From the IMG/VR virus record IMGVR_UViG_3300026488_000013, positions 64,001 through 128,000 of that record: a stretch of 64,000 nt of DNA; one strand, written 5' to 3'. Shown here piece after piece: positions 39,774-49,642 of the stretch. Numbering within the stretch: position 1 is the stretch's first letter; every line of letters begins with the position of its first letter. A program made the translations under genes and the position numbers. The notes beneath the pieces are model-generated. The model worked only from the letters and a program-made list of their open reading frames with translations. It searched no databases and was not told where the DNA came from. This DNA is from a virus.

Positions 39774-42470
39774 TTAAAATCCTCCCGATAACCCACCGCC
39801 ACCAGATTGTTCTTGCTGTTGTTTATTAATGTTTAACAATTTGTCAAACTCCGCTTCTTTAGGATTATCTGATTTGAGTAATTCATCCCATTTAACAGAT
39901 GGAACTAATTCCTTTAATAGCTTTACTATATCTAAAGTATTGGCTAAATTGGGAATTTGGGTTAAAGTAGATATTATTGCTCCGGCAGTTCCTACTATAT
40001 TTTGAAGCTGTAGAAGATTTAGAATTATGGGCCTAATCATTCTAACTTTTACAAAATTATACGTAGGAATATAGGTGGTTTTAGGTTCTATTGTTTCAAA
40101 TATGATTTTATCAAATAATTTATTTATTGAAAGCTCAATATTTTTTTGAATATCGGTTATCATTTCAGACCATTGTATGTTTGCATCTACTATTTTCTCT
40201 CTAATCTCAGCTCCATCCATAAATCCGAGTCGCATCGATGGAATATTTGATAACATTGCAATATCTTGCTTAAAATCTTGAATATCCTGAACTCTTACAT
40301 TGGGGTCTCCTAATCTTTCCATTGTTTGTGATAATATAGGTTGACCATCCTTCAACACTTCAAACATAAATTTAAAATCGGTCAAATATCTGTTTATTTT
40401 TTCTAATCTGCCTAAATCATCTATCGTTAGCGATGCGCCACGGAGTTTAGACGCAATTTGCCTCACTTCACTTTCCCAGTTTTGCAATGCACCCGCATTT
40501 ATTTGATACTTTGTATATAAAGGTGTTCTAGTTAATCTATACATTATATTTGAATAAACACTAACTAAATACAAAGTTGAATGGAGAGCCACCGGAGACA
40601 AAATTGATTCACCGTAAGGATATTCATCCATATACAAATAAAAATGAATTAACTCATTCGGTAATAAGATTCTAAACCTTATTTTAGATAATTTTTGCTC
40701 AAAAATAACATCCTGCAAAACATTGAAAAACTGATATTTAAACTTTTCATCAATGTTTATCAATTCAAATATCTTGTTTAAAATTTTTTTATATCTCTCA
40801 TAATATTCAATTTCTGGAGTGGTTAACCCATTTAGGTCATTTAAAGATTTTTCTATTTTTTCAATATATTTATTTAACACAGAATTCAGATTTTTATAAA
40901 AATAATCTAACAACTTTGAATACATTTTCTTAGAAACTTTTTCAAAATCCAAATGCAGCGTGTTTATTTTGTCAAATATTTTTCCTAATTTTTCAATTAT
41001 GGAATCGGTAGCCGAAATAGATTCATAGTCGTTGTTATCCGAATCAGTTTTATAATACGGATTTATTACCAAGTATCCGTATATTTTATATCCATCACTT
41101 ATAGGGATAACATATTCAGGGTCATATATTTTAAGTTCAATTTTTTGCGACAACTCTTTATGGCTAAATAATCGTAAATAATTTAAATAAGATTCGATTT
41201 GGTCTTCTATGGTTTTTCTATTTCTATTATTCTTCTTTTCTCTGCCCGCTCCCTCAATCAGCAATGCTTCAAAATTGTTATTTATTTCTTTACCCACCGA
41301 TTCAATATTTTCCAATTCTTGCACCACAGTTTCATATTTTTGTTCATAATCGTCATAATATTCATCAATTTGTGTCTCATTCATATATGATGAATTATTT
41401 AAGATGGGATTTGATATTTCCAATTCGAGCAATTCTTTTGAAACTAAATTGAGGGTCTCTTCCAGTAAATTGTCAAATAATTGATATTTGTTTATTTCGT
41501 TTCTTTTATATTTTGTAATAAGGGCGGTAATTTTATTTACCGAATAACTTGTTTCATTAATCAGTTCATTATTAACAGAGTTTATTACTTCAGATTCAAA
41601 AACTAGTTCCGGTGATATTAACTTTCGAGCGGAATTACTATGTGATGTAGAGTAAGAAAATACATTTTTTATAGTAGCGAAGTTGTCTAACAAAAATTTC
41701 TTTTTATTAATAACTTCAATATATACGTCACCTTTGACTGCGGCTTTTGGGATAATTTTATTTCTAAGCAGATTATATATATCTAAATGCTTCTCAATAA
41801 TTTTATATATCCTTTTAATTTCATCAACTATTTCTTTATAGTATATATCGTTAATATATTTTTTAATCTCAATATTCTCTTTATAATGAAATATTTCTCC
41901 GGAAACAGGGTCTTCTTGGAGGATTGACCTTACATACTCTTTAACTATGCGGCGTGCGATTGGGAAAGATTTATAAAGATTATGCATAGATTTATATACC
42001 GTAGCTTTGTTAGCATAGTATGGTATAATCGATTCGAAAGATTGAGCTAGATTATTAAGAATTTTTTTCTTTCCAATATCTGATGAAATAGAATTCAAAT
42101 CTCTTATATCATAAACATCCTTAAATAATTCTATAAATACCCTTTGTAGCGGATTATTTTTCAATTCATGATACAAATATTCATCTGAAATGGTCTTCTT
42201 TCCGAACAAAAATAATTCTTCTCCAATATCATTTTTTTTACCTTTTTCAGCATGTTCCTTTAATGTTGTAATAAATTCTATAAGTGCTGGCAATATATTC
42301 GTTTCGTCGGTATCTTTATGAGAATTATTTAAGTTTTCCTGGGAAAACTTGGACACAGAATTTAACTTTTCTTCTAGTTCATTAATTTTATTTATCAGTT
42401 CATTTTCTTCTTTGTTCGAAGAAAAAATAGATAAAAATCTTTGTATTAAACCTTTATTACTATCGCTCAT
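39774..42470 (-). CDS. Portal protein (T4 gp20-like), enlarged
   Basis: AVKGDVYIEV, YPYGESIL, YRLTRTP, VQDIQDFKQDIAMLSNIPSMRLG, Gly-rich C-terminus. Confidence 0.8.
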   Translation of the reverse strand: MSDSNKGLIQRFLSIFSSNKEENELINKINELEEKLNSVSKFSQENLNNSHKDTDETNILPALIEFITTLKEHAEKGKKNDIGEELFLFGKKTISDEYLYHELKNNPLQRVFIELFKDVYDIRDLNSISSDIGKKKILNNLAQSFESIIPYYANKATVYKSMHNLYKSFPIARRIVKEYVRSILQEDPVSGEIFHYKENIEIKKYINDIYYKEIVDEIKRIYKIIEKHLDIYNLLRNKIIPKAAVKGDVYIEVINKKKFLLDNFATIKNVFSYSTSHSNSARKLISPELVFESEVINSVNNELINETSYSVNKITALITKYKRNEINKYQLFDNLLEETLNLVSKELLELEISNPILNNSSYMNETQIDEYYDDYEQKYETVVQELENIESVGKEINNNFEALLIEGAGREKKNNRNRKTIEDQIESYLNYLRLFSHKELSQKIELKIYDPEYVIPISDGYKIYGYLVINPYYKTDSDNNDYESISATDSIIEKLGKIFDKINTLHLDFEKVSKKMYSKLLDYFYKNLNSVLNKYIEKIEKSLNDLNGLTTPEIEYYERYKKILNKIFELINIDEKFKYQFFNVLQDVIFEQKLSKIRFRILLPNELIHFYLYMDEYPYGESILSPVALHSTLYLVSVYSNIMYRLTRTPLYTKYQINAGALQNWESEVRQIASKLRGASLTIDDLGRLEKINRYLTDFKFMFEVLKDGQPILSQTMERLGDPNVRVQDIQDFKQDIAMLSNIPSMRLGFMDGAEIREKIVDANIQWSEMITDIQKNIELSINKLFDKIIFETIEPKTTYIPTYNFVKVRMIRPIILNLLQLQNIVGTAGAIISTLTQIPNLANTLDIVKLLKELVPSVKWDELLKSDNPKEAEFDKLLNINKQQQEQSGGGGLSGGF

Positions 42471-42507
42471 TATTGCCTCACCTATCTTCTAATTGGTATT
42501 GAAAAAA

Positions 42508-42864
42508 TTAAAATTGGGCCAGATTGCACTCGATGAAATCTTTTAAAGTATTTAAAGAAACTATTTTTAACCTACTATTGAGAAAATCTGAAGTAAAATA
42601 GATTATTGATGGAACAGAATTTATTAGCAAAAGAAAATGATAAAAATTTTTGTTGCCATATATATCAAATGCGGTTTTAAATGGATTTTGTTCCCACTCT
42701 GGTTTAAACTCCACTTCCACAGTATTGTTTAAAAAATAGTCTATATTTTGAATAAATAAATTTGAATAAGGATATTGAGAAAACTGATTATGAATAAATG
42801 AAATAATATCCGAAGACTGTATGCTCTCCTTAAATTCGTCCAAAGGATTTATATATTGCTGCAT
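42508..42864 (-). CDS. Baseplate wedge protein, T4 gp53/LysM-like
   Basis: EQNPFKTAFDIYGNKNFYHFLLLINSV matches the gp53 pattern (P..IS..LYG....W.IL..N). Confidence 0.65.
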   Translation of the reverse strand: MQQYINPLDEFKESIQSSDIISFIHNQFSQYPYSNLFIQNIDYFLNNTVEVEFKPEWEQNPFKTAFDIYGNKNFYHFLLLINSVPSIIYFTSDFLNSRLKIVSLNTLKDFIECNLAQF

Positions 42865-42898
42865 TGAAATAAAAATTTAAACCTTTATTATTCAGTAT

Positions 42899-45313
42899 CT
42901 ATTGAAGATATTCTTTTACCTTCTGATATACAGTGAGACTTTCTATCATTTTATTAAGTTCCCTTAATTTTAATATAGAATCATTAATGTCTTCGTATAT
43001 AAAGGGCAATTCATAAATATCATAAAACCTATTATTAAATTTGTTATACAAAATATAGGAACCGGCATATTGAACAATTATGTTAAAATGGACTGGGACT
43101 CCATCAATTATTATCCTTTTATGTTTAAAATCTATTTCAATTTTCTTAGCAATTTCGGGATTTGATTTTATCTTATCCAATAATGCGGCGGAATATGTAT
43201 ATTCATTTATTGGTTGCCCCGAATCCTTTATCTTTGTGAAACTAAATTGTGATAAAGAAATAACATTTTGGATTACATCTATATCGTCGGAATTTGAAAA
43301 TATATGGTTTATATTTTTATTTTCCTGTTTTACAATCACATCATAATTTTTTTCACTACTATGCTCCATTTCTTCTGATGCGGCGGTGAATAAATCAAAT
43401 TCATCATCACTATCGTTTAAATTTACAAAATTCTTATTTCTTATTTCTTGAATTTTCTTTTCAATTTTAGTCAATTTCCTTTGCAGGTTATCCAGATTAA
43501 AATTGGATAAATTCGATTCAACTATAATCTTATCAATAAGCTTACTTATTCTATCATTCGAAATGTAATTAGTGTTAAGACCGGTATCTAAAAGGAAATC
43601 GCTTATACTTTTAACATTTATTTTCCTATTCTTGCTTTTCTTTTTATTATTTTGTTCTTCTTCATTTTGAAAATCGTTACTCTGCGAAAAAGCAGGCTCC
43701 GTTTTACGAATCATGAATATATAATCAGAATATTGAATTTTCTTATACGAATCACCCATTATTTTATTGTTAAGCGGGGAACTATAATCTTCCCCAATTC
43801 TATTTAACTGTGTTGCAGTAAATACTGGTATCATATACATCTTAGCAAGAGAGCGTAAGTCATTTATTATTTGACCATGTTCCTTATACTCATCATCATA
43901 ACCCTTGGTAGAAGTCATAAGGTTAAGATAATCTATTACAACCAATTTAATATTTATTCCATATTCTGATTTAAGATGTTCGATATCCTGTATTAAATCC
44001 GTCACAGAATATTTATTCTGCTTGTCAGTCACATCTCTAATAATCAGGTTTACTTTATTTTTGGTTATTTTGTATATCGAATTCTTTTTAAGTGTTTTAA
44101 ATATGTCAGATATTTCCTTCTTATGTTTTTGGGCTAATTCAGGGAAATATTTGTTTACCATATTAGAGAGGGCCGCAATATTATCGTAAAATCGTTTGAC
44201 ATGTTCAAAATTATAGTTACCAAATATTGATATTATTCTTCTGGTTAATTTAAATTTGTTATCTTCCAGTGTTACAAACAATATACCGTCATTTTCTTCG
44301 AATGAACTCAAATTTGATTCAATAAATTTTTTCACAGCATTGATTAAAAACATGGTTTTACCGTGTGAGGATGGCGCCGCCAGCAAATAAATAGAGCCCG
44401 TTTCAAAACCTCTTATAGGTATATCCCAAAACAACCATCCGGTTTCATATAGTTTATAATTTTCAGAGACAAACTTAGTTATTTGCTCTAACGAATTAGT
44501 TTCTTCTTCTTTTTCCTCATTACCCATTAACAGGAATTTATCCGAAATACTATTTTCATCAAAATTCCCCAGCTCTATTTGTGAAATAATATTTTGAATT
44601 TCAAACTTAAAATCGTTAATTTTCTTAAATATATCATTTAAAGATTTAAAATTGCCATATTCAAAGTTTAAAACTGTCGATTCATATTTCATCAACAATT
44701 CCTTTATGTTTACCAAACTTTTCCAACCCTTCAATATGAGAGAAATCTCCGCCTCTTTTTCTTTTATATTTTCCAAATTTATAAATTCCGTAGGGTTTTT
44801 CAATATCCGGTTAATGTCTTCGGTAGAGAACCCGAAATACTTAAATAAATATTCTTCCGGAATTAAAATATTTTGGAAAATTAATGAAGGCAGTTCTGTT
44901 GAAACTATAACTTTGTTAGATTTAGAAACTGCGCCACGGTTTAAATATTGCTCATATACCCCTTTACGAATAGAAATAATTGAATAAAGATTTTTAAGTA
45001 TAACTCCTTTTTCAACCAATTCATTTTTTAAAGATTTAAAATATTCATTAACACTCAATATTGAAGTATCGTCCGGCACGAATTCTTCATTAAGAATTTT
45101 TCTTATTTTATTCTGTAGTTTCTTACTGTCCTTTATAGTTTCGTTGAAAAACGAATTTATAATTTCCTCTATTACCAAAAGAGAAAAATTTAAAAATTTA
45201 TCCTCTTCATATTTTAACACTGGATTTAAAACATAATATTCAAACATTTTTTTAAACACATTAGGTGCGAATAATTTTTCAACAACATGCTTAATCAAAG
45301 AGGCACCTTTCAT
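42899..45313 (-). CDS. DnaB-like replicative helicase
   Basis: Walker A APSSHGKT, FVTLED, Walker B VVIDYLNLM, TATQLNR, GDSYKK. Confidence 0.9.
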   Translation of the reverse strand: MKGASLIKHVVEKLFAPNVFKKMFEYYVLNPVLKYEEDKFLNFSLLVIEEIINSFFNETIKDSKKLQNKIRKILNEEFVPDDTSILSVNEYFKSLKNELVEKGVILKNLYSIISIRKGVYEQYLNRGAVSKSNKVIVSTELPSLIFQNILIPEEYLFKYFGFSTEDINRILKNPTEFINLENIKEKEAEISLILKGWKSLVNIKELLMKYESTVLNFEYGNFKSLNDIFKKINDFKFEIQNIISQIELGNFDENSISDKFLLMGNEEKEEETNSLEQITKFVSENYKLYETGWLFWDIPIRGFETGSIYLLAAPSSHGKTMFLINAVKKFIESNLSSFEENDGILFVTLEDNKFKLTRRIISIFGNYNFEHVKRFYDNIAALSNMVNKYFPELAQKHKKEISDIFKTLKKNSIYKITKNKVNLIIRDVTDKQNKYSVTDLIQDIEHLKSEYGINIKLVVIDYLNLMTSTKGYDDEYKEHGQIINDLRSLAKMYMIPVFTATQLNRIGEDYSSPLNNKIMGDSYKKIQYSDYIFMIRKTEPAFSQSNDFQNEEEQNNKKKSKNRKINVKSISDFLLDTGLNTNYISNDRISKLIDKIIVESNLSNFNLDNLQRKLTKIEKKIQEIRNKNFVNLNDSDDEFDLFTAASEEMEHSSEKNYDVIVKQENKNINHIFSNSDDIDVIQNVISLSQFSFTKIKDSGQPINEYTYSAALLDKIKSNPEIAKKIEIDFKHKRIIIDGVPVHFNIIVQYAGSYILYNKFNNRFYDIYELPFIYEDINDSILKLRELNKMIESLTVYQKVKEYLQ

Positions 45314-45339
45314 TTAGAAACCCCCTACACCTGATTGAT

Positions 45340-46770
45340 TTAAAAACTTAGAGCCAAAGAAATTAAAACAGCATCGGGCGAGATATTTACCCCGACCATA
45401 TTATTACTTATATCCGTATCGTTGTCGAACCTAGAAACATATTCAAAATATTCACTCAATATTGAAAGGAACTTATCATATATAACATCACAATCATAGT
45501 TTACTATGTTAGATTTAATCTCTTCGTATTTAGTTAAAAGAATATACATATCATCAAAAATATCGGATGAATACTTAACATTGCCGGTATTAGAAACAGT
45601 ATTTAAAACCATCAAATTGGTAAAAGTCCTAGTAGATAAATTTATCATCCAACTTGAGAGATAATCGCAAAGAATTTCTTTATTCAGCAGTCCCAATTGT
45701 TTACCTATTCCAAAGTAATTTATTTGAATTTGGAATAATTCATTTACTAGGACTTTAAGGACAGAAACCGAAACATATGTTAATATTGCATCTATTTTTG
45801 CAATTATAGAATATATAAGATATGTTTGCAAATTATAGATGTATTTACTGACAATATTCAAATTAGATTTTATTTTTGATTTTATTATTTCGTATAATTT
45901 ATTAACCAACATATCCACAATATACATTTTTGAAGTGTCTATTTTTGCGGAGGCAGAATCATATTTAAACATCAACGGTATAAACAACGCTAAATCTTGC
46001 AAAAGAATATTCGGGTTTATGAAAATATAGTTAGATTTAACAAAATACTTATCTATATTAATATATTCTTTTATCTGACCTACAATAATATCATTTATTT
46101 GGGAAGATAAATTATTAATATAACTTGTTTTATCCTTTTCCACAACAAAACTTTCAAAATTATAGACATTATACAGCTTATTCAAAAATATAAAATCATA
46201 AGCGGAGTTCCCTACATTTTCAATTGTATTGTAATAGGTATAAAAATAAAAATCATAATAATGTGAATGTTCTCGAACAATAAAGTATTTTTTATATCTG
46301 CGACTTCCTGTTAAAAGATTATTACTATTAAGAATTGAATTATCGTAATCTGAACTTAGATAATTAAGAAATAAATCAACGTTATTAATTAATTTACCAC
46401 CCTTAAACAAATAAAATTCATTAAATCTTTTTAATAAACTTTCTAAATATCTATCTGAAATCAGCAAATCAAATATCAAATTTATATCGTTAGGATTTAT
46501 ATAAAGCAACTCACTATCAAATGCAGTTAGATTCAATATATTAGAACTTATTTTTGGGTTATAATTAAAATAATATGCACGGCGGATTAATTCTAATATT
46601 GACAAATAATTAAAAAAGTTTCGGATTAAACATTTGGAACTATCTTTTACATTAGAAAATATTAAACTATATTTTGGGGAAAAGTCAGTTATTAATCCAC
46701 ATTTTCTTAAATTTTTAACAGTGTTATTTAAAGTAAAAAATTTTGGAATTGAATATACTGAATATTCCAT
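45340..46770 (-). CDS. Hypothetical protein (476 aa)
   Basis: Long ORF; no motif recognised. Confidence 0.55.
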   Translation of the reverse strand: MEYSVYSIPKFFTLNNTVKNLRKCGLITDFSPKYSLIFSNVKDSSKCLIRNFFNYLSILELIRRAYYFNYNPKISSNILNLTAFDSELLYINPNDINLIFDLLISDRYLESLLKRFNEFYLFKGGKLINNVDLFLNYLSSDYDNSILNSNNLLTGSRRYKKYFIVREHSHYYDFYFYTYYNTIENVGNSAYDFIFLNKLYNVYNFESFVVEKDKTSYINNLSSQINDIIVGQIKEYINIDKYFVKSNYIFINPNILLQDLALFIPLMFKYDSASAKIDTSKMYIVDMLVNKLYEIIKSKIKSNLNIVSKYIYNLQTYLIYSIIAKIDAILTYVSVSVLKVLVNELFQIQINYFGIGKQLGLLNKEILCDYLSSWMINLSTRTFTNLMVLNTVSNTGNVKYSSDIFDDMYILLTKYEEIKSNIVNYDCDVIYDKFLSILSEYFEYVSRFDNDTDISNNMVGVNISPDAVLISLALSF

Positions 46771-46788
46771 TGTTTAAAAAAATTAATC

Positions 46789-48003
46789 TTATATTTTCTT
46801 TCTGGTAAATGAAAAATACGATTTTTTATGAATATGTTTATCGTGAGTTAATTTTTCGGTTGAAATTGGATAAGCATCCTTATACGGGCGCAATGAATTT
46901 ATTAATGATGCTAGAGTAGGCTGGTATGAAATTAATTTCTCATCTGTAGGTGTAAAGGAACTAGCATCTATAGGGTTTGTTAACACATTTTTTGTGTCCA
47001 GTGGTTCATCTTTTAAATTTGTATAATCTATCGAGAATTGCGAGTATAAATCTACAATGCTAATAGTAAGTTCCAATTTGGTAGGTTGTTTATATGCATT
47101 ATATACCGTGTTCTGACCACCTCGATTTATAGTGATTGATTGTATTGCTCCCATAACTATATCCTGCAACCCATATGCTTTAACCCTAACATATAGTGGT
47201 ATTCCCACAAACCCATATATATTTAATGGGGAACCTAACAATAACAATGCAATAAGCGGTGCATACACCCATTGATAAAGTATTTCAGGATGTCCATATG
47301 GAGAAGATAAAGTAACATTAATGTTTAATGTTCTAGAATATTGAGTATCTGCCCAAACTTTTGGGAAATCTATTTTTAAACCTCTTGAACCAGCGCTGGC
47401 AATTTGAGATAGAAAACTAATAAAATCATTTCCTGTCATCTGTGAAACGGTTCTATCTATCTCATCAGGGGTAAGATACAATGATTTAGACACCATTTTA
47501 AATAATTCAGCTATTCCACCAGTTAATTGTTTTATCTTATTCCCAAAACTATCTAGTAATTGTTTTATAGGAATTTCTTCGTAGTTCGATGTAATGCTTT
47601 CACTTAATTGTGTATTATCGGTAGCATACAGTCTGATAAAGCTAATGGTCTTATCATCGTCAATAATTTTAAACATTTTAAGCAATCTATTAAACTGTTT
47701 AACCCCCTCGGCATAATCTGGTTCGTATAAATATGTTAATGTATGTTCTAATTCCTTTTTAGTATTTTCATCTGTATTTGAATTCCTAATTCTATCTACA
47801 ATCTTTGACGACGGCTTAGGTATCATAGGAATAATATCTACAGGATGAAGATTAGAGAAAATTAGGTTGGTATAATATCCTGTTCCGAAATAGCTTCTGT
47901 CTTCTATTAAATTTGACGCATCTATTTCCAAATAAGACATATATGTCCAAGGAAGACCTGTTTCTATAATGTATTTTCCCGGCCCTATTCTTGTTAAAAT
48001 CAT
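46789..48003 (-). CDS. Putative tail tube initiator/baseplate protein (gp48/gp54-like)
   Basis: PKVWADTQYSR, PLYVRVKAYG, GAIQSITINRGG, PTKLELTISIVDLY: tube-fold pattern. Confidence 0.5.
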   Translation of the reverse strand: MILTRIGPGKYIIETGLPWTYMSYLEIDASNLIEDRSYFGTGYYTNLIFSNLHPVDIIPMIPKPSSKIVDRIRNSNTDENTKKELEHTLTYLYEPDYAEGVKQFNRLLKMFKIIDDDKTISFIRLYATDNTQLSESITSNYEEIPIKQLLDSFGNKIKQLTGGIAELFKMVSKSLYLTPDEIDRTVSQMTGNDFISFLSQIASAGSRGLKIDFPKVWADTQYSRTLNINVTLSSPYGHPEILYQWVYAPLIALLLLGSPLNIYGFVGIPLYVRVKAYGLQDIVMGAIQSITINRGGQNTVYNAYKQPTKLELTISIVDLYSQFSIDYTNLKDEPLDTKNVLTNPIDASSFTPTDEKLISYQPTLASLINSLRPYKDAYPISTEKLTHDKHIHKKSYFSFTRKKI

Positions 48004-48027
48004 TACTTTTCTTAAATCCCCTCTAAA

Positions 48028-49416
48028 TTAAGCAAAAGCCAACACCAAATAATCTCTCCATTCATTTGGAATATCTATTCTATAACGGAGTGGCTTCATT
48101 TTCATAAAATCTTCATCGTCTAACCATAAATCATATGTCGCTTCTATTCCGTATTTTTCATTTATCACCAATAATTTTTGCGAGGGTCTTGTTAACCATC
48201 CTTTTGAATACGAATATTCATCTACACCTTTTAAAGTTCCATTCATAATTATAAATCCTGTCCCATCATATAGCATAGCCGGAACATGGAAATGTCCTAC
48301 AACATAATATGTCATTGGTATGTTCGGTTGTTTTACATTTGGAAAGAAATTAATATTTTGCTTATTTCCAAAATCACGCCGCAATCCATAGAAAGGAATA
48401 CCACTCCAAGATTTAATCTCGTCGCCATGAGAAAAACAAAATCTAAAACCTAATATATCTTTAAAAATAAATGGAGACTTGGTTATTTCCCATTTTATGT
48501 TTTCATATTTTTGAGTTAATAATGCAGCTATTTGATATGTGATATAATCAAAAGAATTAAATCTTTTCTTATATTCCTTCTTCTTTGTTATCCTTCCATG
48601 ATTTCCTACCACTGTAAAAACATTTACCTCGTTAAACACTTTTGACAGTTCTATTAAAAGGGCCGCAATTAAATAAGCAGCCAAACCTATTTGCTCGGTA
48701 ATCGTTAAATCAACATTTTTAATCAATTCATCATGTATTATTCCCGATACCATATCCCCGCCCAACCAAACATTTATTTTTCTAATTCCATCATTACATT
48801 CATATAATTTTTTTATCTTTACAACTTTCTCAAATATTTTCTCAACTCTTCTTGTAGCAACATTTAAATCAAATTTATTAACATATCCTATTTCTTCAGG
48901 TTCTACTATTTCTAATATATGCCAATCAGATAAAAGCAATAAAAATTCCCTCTTCAATTTATTTTTATCTTCAAAATTTATTTTTTCTCTGTCAGAATAA
49001 TTTATTTCAAATTTTATTTCATTTAAACTATATTTTAAAAATTCGATTAAAATTTCGTCAATTAATTTTTTATCATTTTTGTTTTTCTCATCGATTAATT
49101 TATTATAAATTTCTTTTTTTAAATTTTTTACATTTTCATTTTTCAATAAAAATTTTAAAAACTCCTCAAAACATTTTTCGTTCAACAAAATTTGTTTCAA
49201 AATTTTATTTAATTTTCTGGCTTTATATTCTCTGATTAAATAATTACTCTGAATTCTTTTTCTACCAGGAATTAATTTTTCAATTATCTCTTTTGAATAA
49301 TTTTTTGTTTTAATTTTATTTATTATTTCTAAAATAATTTCTTCCAATAAATTAATCATTTCATCATTAATTTTTAAATTGTAATTTTTTAAACATTTTA
49401 AAATTATTTCTTTCAT
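48028..49416 (-). CDS. Calcineurin-like metallophosphoesterase/nuclease
   Basis: SDWH, GGDMVSG, GNHGR, HGD, GHFH. Confidence 0.88.
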   Translation of the reverse strand: MKEIILKCLKNYNLKINDEMINLLEEIILEIINKIKTKNYSKEIIEKLIPGRKRIQSNYLIREYKARKLNKILKQILLNEKCFEEFLKFLLKNENVKNLKKEIYNKLIDEKNKNDKKLIDEILIEFLKYSLNEIKFEINYSDREKINFEDKNKLKREFLLLLSDWHILEIVEPEEIGYVNKFDLNVATRRVEKIFEKVVKIKKLYECNDGIRKINVWLGGDMVSGIIHDELIKNVDLTITEQIGLAAYLIAALLIELSKVFNEVNVFTVVGNHGRITKKKEYKKRFNSFDYITYQIAALLTQKYENIKWEITKSPFIFKDILGFRFCFSHGDEIKSWSGIPFYGLRRDFGNKQNINFFPNVKQPNIPMTYYVVGHFHVPAMLYDGTGFIIMNGTLKGVDEYSYSKGWLTRPSQKLLVINEKYGIEATYDLWLDDEDFMKMKPLRYRIDIPNEWRDYLVLAFA

Positions 49417-49479
49417 TAGACTTTTAAAACTAATGGATTTTTCGTTTTAATTTTTTAAAAAAGAAAAAAATATAATTCT

Positions 49480-49598
49480 CACATAATTCTTAAATAAATG
49501 TTCTTTCAGAAATTAATTTGTTCCATAAATGTATATCATATATAATAGGTATATCTTTTATTTATATATTTATCCAATAGATGTATAATTTTATTTGT
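49480..49598. repeat. 119-bp dispersed intergenic element, copy 3
   Basis: Ungapped match to the other copies. Confidence 0.95.
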
Positions 49599-49642
49599 GT
49601 GAATAATAAAATAAAATTGGTAAGGGAAATACTACAATTCGA

